A stretch of DNA of 41,655 bases from Atractiella rhizophila. Its lineage: Eukaryota. Below the pieces are notes generated by a model, which did not search any database, was not told the DNA's origin, and saw only the letters and a program-made list of their open reading frames with translations. How positions within the stretch are numbered: position 1 is the first letter of the stretch; every line of letters starts with the position of its first letter. Made by a program: the position numbers and the translations under genes. Positions 37,517 to 41,655 of this stretch are shown piece after piece. The stretch lies in NCBI GenBank assembly GCA_021432655.1, contig MU271453.1, positions 21,023 to 62,677 on the forward strand, given 5' to 3'.

Positions 37517-37687
37517 TTCTGCCTGCTCTTTCAGCTGTCTCTTGAATGATGTTGCAGTAAATCACGAAGGAGTGAGTGGTGAGTCTTTCCTCTCCCTCTC
37601 TTGGGGCTTGTTGTCGGGTTCTGGCCAGTTCCGTTGCTAATGCTTGGCAGGGTATAAACATACTTATGGGATACTATTCAACAAATG

Positions 37688-37765
37688 GGCGAGATGGCCG
37701 AGTGGTCTAAGGCGCTGTGTTAAGGCCGCAGTCTTCGGGCGTGGGTTCGAATCCCACTCTCGTCA
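37688..37765 (+). tRNA. tRNA-Leu, anticodon AAG (IAG), intronless
   Basis: Acceptor stem GGCGAGA/TCTCGTC with discriminator A; A-box TGGCCGAGTGG; anticodon stem CTGTG/CGCAG with loop TT-AAG-GC; B-box GGTTCGAATCC; downstream T-runs (Pol III terminator). Confidence 0.93.
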
Positions 37766-37928
37766 TTACCTTTTGCCATTTTTTCTGCCCGAGCAGAGAC
37801 AAGCAGAGCATGGTAATATTGTTCGGTCGGACACCTACGTCACTTTTTCGAGTTGCACATCCAAACCAAACCAATAGCATCGAACTGGTCGCAACAAGAA
37901 AAGCCTAGAGGCCAAAGTTATCAAGAAC

Positions 37929-39304
37929 ATGAGCGCAACCTTTGTTATCGTCGGGGGTGGGATTGTCGGCTGTTGCACTGCATACTTTCTCTCTCAAAGT
38001 GCAAACTTGCCATCGAATGCGAAGATCATCGTAATCGAGACGGGAACGTGAGAATTTCTTGCCAACCTGGTGGTGATAGGACGCTGAGCGAAACTCAGGA
38101 TTGCGGCTGGAGCAAGTGGAAAGTCTGGAGGTTTTTTGGCTCTAGTAAGCTCTTCGAGAGTTCTTCACTGAACAAGAAGTGTGTCGTTCTGATGGCAACA
38201 CTGTAACAGGATTGGCACTCTGCAGCCACAGCATCACTCGCTAAACTCTCCTTCGGGTTGCATGCTTCACTAGCAAATGAGCATGACGGAGCGACGAAAT
38301 GGGGATACCGACGTATCTCAACTCTTTCCCTGTCCTACTCTTCCGCATCAAAGAGGAAAACAACGAAGTCCGCTCCGCCTGAGGAAGTGTCTTCATGGCT
38401 TGGATCTGGAATCAACCAATTCAGCGCAATCGGGACAAAGGAGACGACGGCTCAAGTGACGCCAGGTCTCTTCACCAGAGAAATCCTGGAATTGGCGAAG
38501 AAAAGCGGAAAGGTGGATGTTTTCGAGGGATACGAAGTGGACGAGGTGAAGATGGAGGGCAAGAAGGCTATTTCAGTTCGAGCGTCTGCTGTAGGATCCA
38601 GCGGGAACGGGAACACTCTGAACTTCGATGTGTCGGAGGGAGGGCTGGTTGTTGCTGCTGGACCGTGGGCTGGAATGTTTGCAAAGTCAGTTCTAGGGTT
38701 GAAAATCAATGTTGGAGGGCGGAGAGCGCATTCGATCGTCATCGAACCGAATTTTGATGCAGCGAGCAAAAGCGAGTACGCCTTATTTACCGAACTACAA
38801 GACTCTACGGGCTCCTGGGGTCCAGAGGTAGGTGCAGGGTCAAACTCATTCTGAAAGTCATTCATCAATGGAACAGGTGTATCCTCGCGCTGATGGTACA
38901 GTGTACATATGTGGCCCAAACCCAGCACCAGATGCTCCCATCCCTGCACGAGTGACAGACGTGGTATTTGATCCTATTGCGACTCAATCACTTGTTTCGC
39001 AAGTCGCTTCTCTCTCGCCAGAACACTTCGACGTTGCAAATGGGAAGGCTACTCTCAAAACCGAACAAGCATGCTACCTTCCAACGACAAGCAAGGGTCC
39101 AGGTTTAGTGGGAAGTCTAGGCGACAATATCGTCATAGGAGCTGGATTGGCGGTCTGGGGCATCACCTTCGGTGGGTTCTTCCTGACACCTTGATGAAGT
39201 TAATAACTCGTTTATTTGAAGGTCCCGGAACTGGATTATGCCTCAGTGAACTGCTCCTCGAGGGAAAAGTGAAGTCAGCAGACATACGATCGATAGAACC
39301 ATGA
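37929..39304 (+). CDS. FAD-dependent oxidoreductase, DAO family (Tda3-like)
   Basis: FVIVGGGIVGCCTAYFL, IAAGASGKSGGFLAL|DWH, TTAQVTPGLFT, VVAAGPW, PE|VYPRADGTVYICG, QACYLP and WGITF|GPGTGLCLSELLL. Confidence 0.92.
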
Positions 39305-39406
39305 ACAGCGAAAATCCTATCCTATATAAATAATGTTGTTGTGTAGAACTGTTCAATGAAAAAGTGTGCCAATATTGAGTCTGTGAGTCTTATGATTCTT
39401 CCTTGT

Positions 39407-40309
39407 TCAAGCCATGGCGTGCCTCCAATTCGATTTGCCCAACGCCTCCTCCAGCTCTTTTCCAATTCCCAGCCCATCTTCCGCTTCGCCGCGCAACCAA
39501 TTTCTCATCCTCTCCGTGCCCTTACTCGCCGCCCTTACTGTCGCTCCAATCACCTCTTCTCCTTTCTTGATGAGGGTGACGCTCCAAACAAGGTCGAGTG
39601 GCTCCTTCATCCGATAGACGATGTTGGCGGATTGCGTGAAAGAATCGTGTATACGTTCAGCCAAAGAGACGAATGCCGGGCCAATGAGATAGAAGGAGGC
39701 ATAACAGGTGTACGGTCCTAAGCGGGAGGGCAGCGAGACGAATTCGGCAGAGGAAGAAAGGACGAGGTTATCATGGATGGTTGGTAGCGACATATTGCGA
39801 TATCTAATGCTAGTGAACGAGTTGAACAGGTCGAAAGACCACAACTCTGTGGCATTTGAAAGAGAACGACCGGATGTATACCAATCTAAAAGACAGACAC
39901 TGCAGGTGCTGTCCTGGAGTTCGACGAGTTGACTTTGAACGAAAGAGGCGTTGGAGAAAAGTGTTGTAGGAGCGGGAAGGACGAAGAGAGTACCATTCTT
40001 CTCCACGGTGCAATCTAAAGCCTGACGACTGCTTTCTCCCACGCTCTTGCTTTTGAAAACCTTCGTACTTCCCTGTGTCAATAATGCAAGTCGACTTCTC
40101 CCTTCAACTTTGACTTCCAGCTTGACAGAATCGTTTCCCACTACGCCTCCACCATATGTCATGACGAAGACGCTGCCAAGATCTCGAGGTAGGGAAGTCG
40201 CACGAGTAGGAGAGATGAGCTTGAGCGGGTATTTGGCGGAGAGGGAAGAAAAGTTAATTTCACCGGACGATGATAGAGTAGTCGTTATTTGCCCGGCGCC
40301 TGCTTCCAT
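39407..40309 (-). CDS. ureD: Urease accessory protein UreD (Ure4-like), intronless
   Basis: KYPLKLISP, MTYGGGVVGND, LLTQGSTKVFK, LPAPTTLFSNASFVQSQ, LLDWYTSGR and PYTCYASFYLIGP. Confidence 0.9.
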   Translation of the reverse strand: MEAGAGQITTTLSSSGEINFSSLSAKYPLKLISPTRATSLPRDLGSVFVMTYGGGVVGNDSVKLEVKVEGRSRLALLTQGSTKVFKSKSVGESSRQALDCTVEKNGTLFVLPAPTTLFSNASFVQSQLVELQDSTCSVCLLDWYTSGRSLSNATELWSFDLFNSFTSIRYRNMSLPTIHDNLVLSSSAEFVSLPSRLGPYTCYASFYLIGPAFVSLAERIHDSFTQSANIVYRMKEPLDLVWSVTLIKKGEEVIGATVRAASKGTERMRNWLRGEAEDGLGIGKELEEALGKSNWRHAMA

Positions 40310-41341
40310 TCTTCGTGCATTCGAATTGACAACTTCTAGAGAGCACACTAAGCCCTAAGATCGCTTCGAGGAAAAGAAAACTAAGGCAGAGCAATTTTTA
40401 GACGATTTCTAGCTTTAGGCTGTTATTGTTGCGCCCGGGTAGGAGTTGTTACATCATGGGAGCATAGTGGGTAACAATGACATTTAAGAGATATATGAAC
40501 TTGTGTAATGATTAGTTCTCATGTTAATTGCAAATGTGCCAGTTCGAAAAGAAGTCAGCCGCGATGACAATCGCAAACTAGTGCTGGCTATTGTGTGTCA
40601 GGAATCTTTAGCTCCTTTCCTTCGTGGGCGCTGTTGCAAGAACGAAGTAAGTGTTCTGCCAGCACCTGATTGCACGAAGACGGTAAATCGTCTCAGCAGC
40701 ACTTGCGTGCTCATGCGGTGGTGCTCTTCTGAAAAAGCAATGCTCTGATAGTATCACAGCCATCCACGTCGAGATAGCGCACGTCAAGAGGATTCAGCAC
40801 TCTCTACACTCACAGTTTCATCAAACTTTCATCAAGCTTTCTTGCCGAGGGATCATCATCTCTGGCTCTGGCACATTGTGAAGTGATTCCAGCCGCTCCC
40901 GCCAGCCAGCATGTGAATTCAGCTGTTTTCGACGCGGAAACAAGCCTTCATTCCCAACATGCCTCGAATGTCTGATATACGGCCAGACGTCCTTCCGGCG
41001 TTACTCTGCTGCTTTCATGCAATCCATCGCTCCACAGGAGGCGAGAGTTCCCGGCGAAACAACAACAGCTGAATCTATGTAAAGTTGGCGTACACACCTA
41101 ATACGTGTCCCCAATAATTCGTGTGCAACAAATTCAAGTCCTATCCAATTACCTCTATATATACCTAGAGCTTCTTGGGAAATTATCGGTTGTGCAAGTC
41201 GTTCTGAAGAATGTTATCGTGTTGTCGTTGTTGTGCATTTCACGGTCACCCGGCCACGCGAATGGCGGGCACGGTCAATAAAATCCACGAAGCCAACGAG
41301 TGCCCCAGACTCTTCCATTCTCCCCACACCAGCACCCCGCC

Positions 41342-41655
41342 ATGCTCGCCTCCACAGAAGACAAGGCCACAGCAGCCCCTGGCTCCGCCCCCGTTCGGCG
41401 CTCATTTTTACTCGCCCAACACAACAAGACCGACCTCATTAGCACGCCCTCGGACGGTTCTCAGACGGTCTACGAAGTATTACAGAGCATCATTAGGAGG
41501 TCACCAGACGTTAATGGCATTGCAAGCAGGAAGATCCTCAATATAATTGAGGAACAGAAGGAGGTGGGAGGGAAGACGAAGACGTGGAAATACTTTGAAT
41601 TGGGACCTTATGAGTGGTTGACTTATAAGCAGTTTGGGGATCGCGTGAGAATTGT
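41342..41655 (+). CDS. Long-chain fatty acyl-CoA ligase (Faa1/Faa4-like), 5' part, runs off the window
   Basis: An open frame absent from the ORF track: MLASTEDK..APVRRS..LISTPSDGSQTVYEVLQ..ASRKILNIIEEQKEV..KTWKYFELGPYEWLTYKQFGDRV. TATA-like TATATATA near 41156. Confidence 0.8.
   Translation, partial: MLASTEDKATAAPGSAPVRRSFLLAQHNKTDLISTPSDGSQTVYEVLQSIIRRSPDVNGIASRKILNIIEEQKEVGGKTKTWKYFELGPYEWLTYKQFGDRVRI

Noticed and set aside
39407..40309. Intronless UreD (and RCC1 gene) as horizontal transfer or retrocopy
   Set aside because: UreD is a normal, unclustered fungal gene. Composition matches the neighbours, and there is no poly-A remnant or target-site duplication.

Overview
Gene-dense, intron-rich fungal nuclear DNA. 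It is most likely a basidiomycete, judging by ~50-nt introns with GTRNGY donors, CTRAC-like branch points and microexons. I can support about 22 protein-coding genes, mostly housekeeping. In order: thymidylate kinase, an RCC1-repeat protein, SYO1/HEATR3, QCR2, pyroglutamyl peptidase, an SDR, ADK1, a PUB-domain protein, SF3B4/HSH49, a C2H2 zinc-finger factor, an Mpv17/PMP22 protein, an acyl-CoA synthetase, RPS7, a GH3 beta-glucosidase, MPP-alpha, DPM3, RNA15/CstF64, an FAD oxidoreductase, UreD and the 5' end of a long-chain acyl-CoA ligase, plus two spliced orphan genes. There is also one tRNA-Leu(AAG) and one or two gene relics. I found no intact transposon, CRISPR array or secondary-metabolite cluster. 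The most notable oddities are: (1) a PUB-domain (p97/Cdc48-binding) coiled-coil protein ending in a SelK/SelS-like GGGCG tail followed by TGA-TAA; (2) a perfect, in-frame 393-bp tandem duplication of the GH3 C-terminal Fn3-like domain; (3) three mutually compensating +1 frameshifts in the Pro-rich tail of SF3B4; (4) an AT-rich insertion in a thymidylate kinase intron; (5) a decayed F-box gene; and (6) a 71-bp head-to-head gap between MAS2 and DPM3. All exon structures were derived by hand and no database searches were run.
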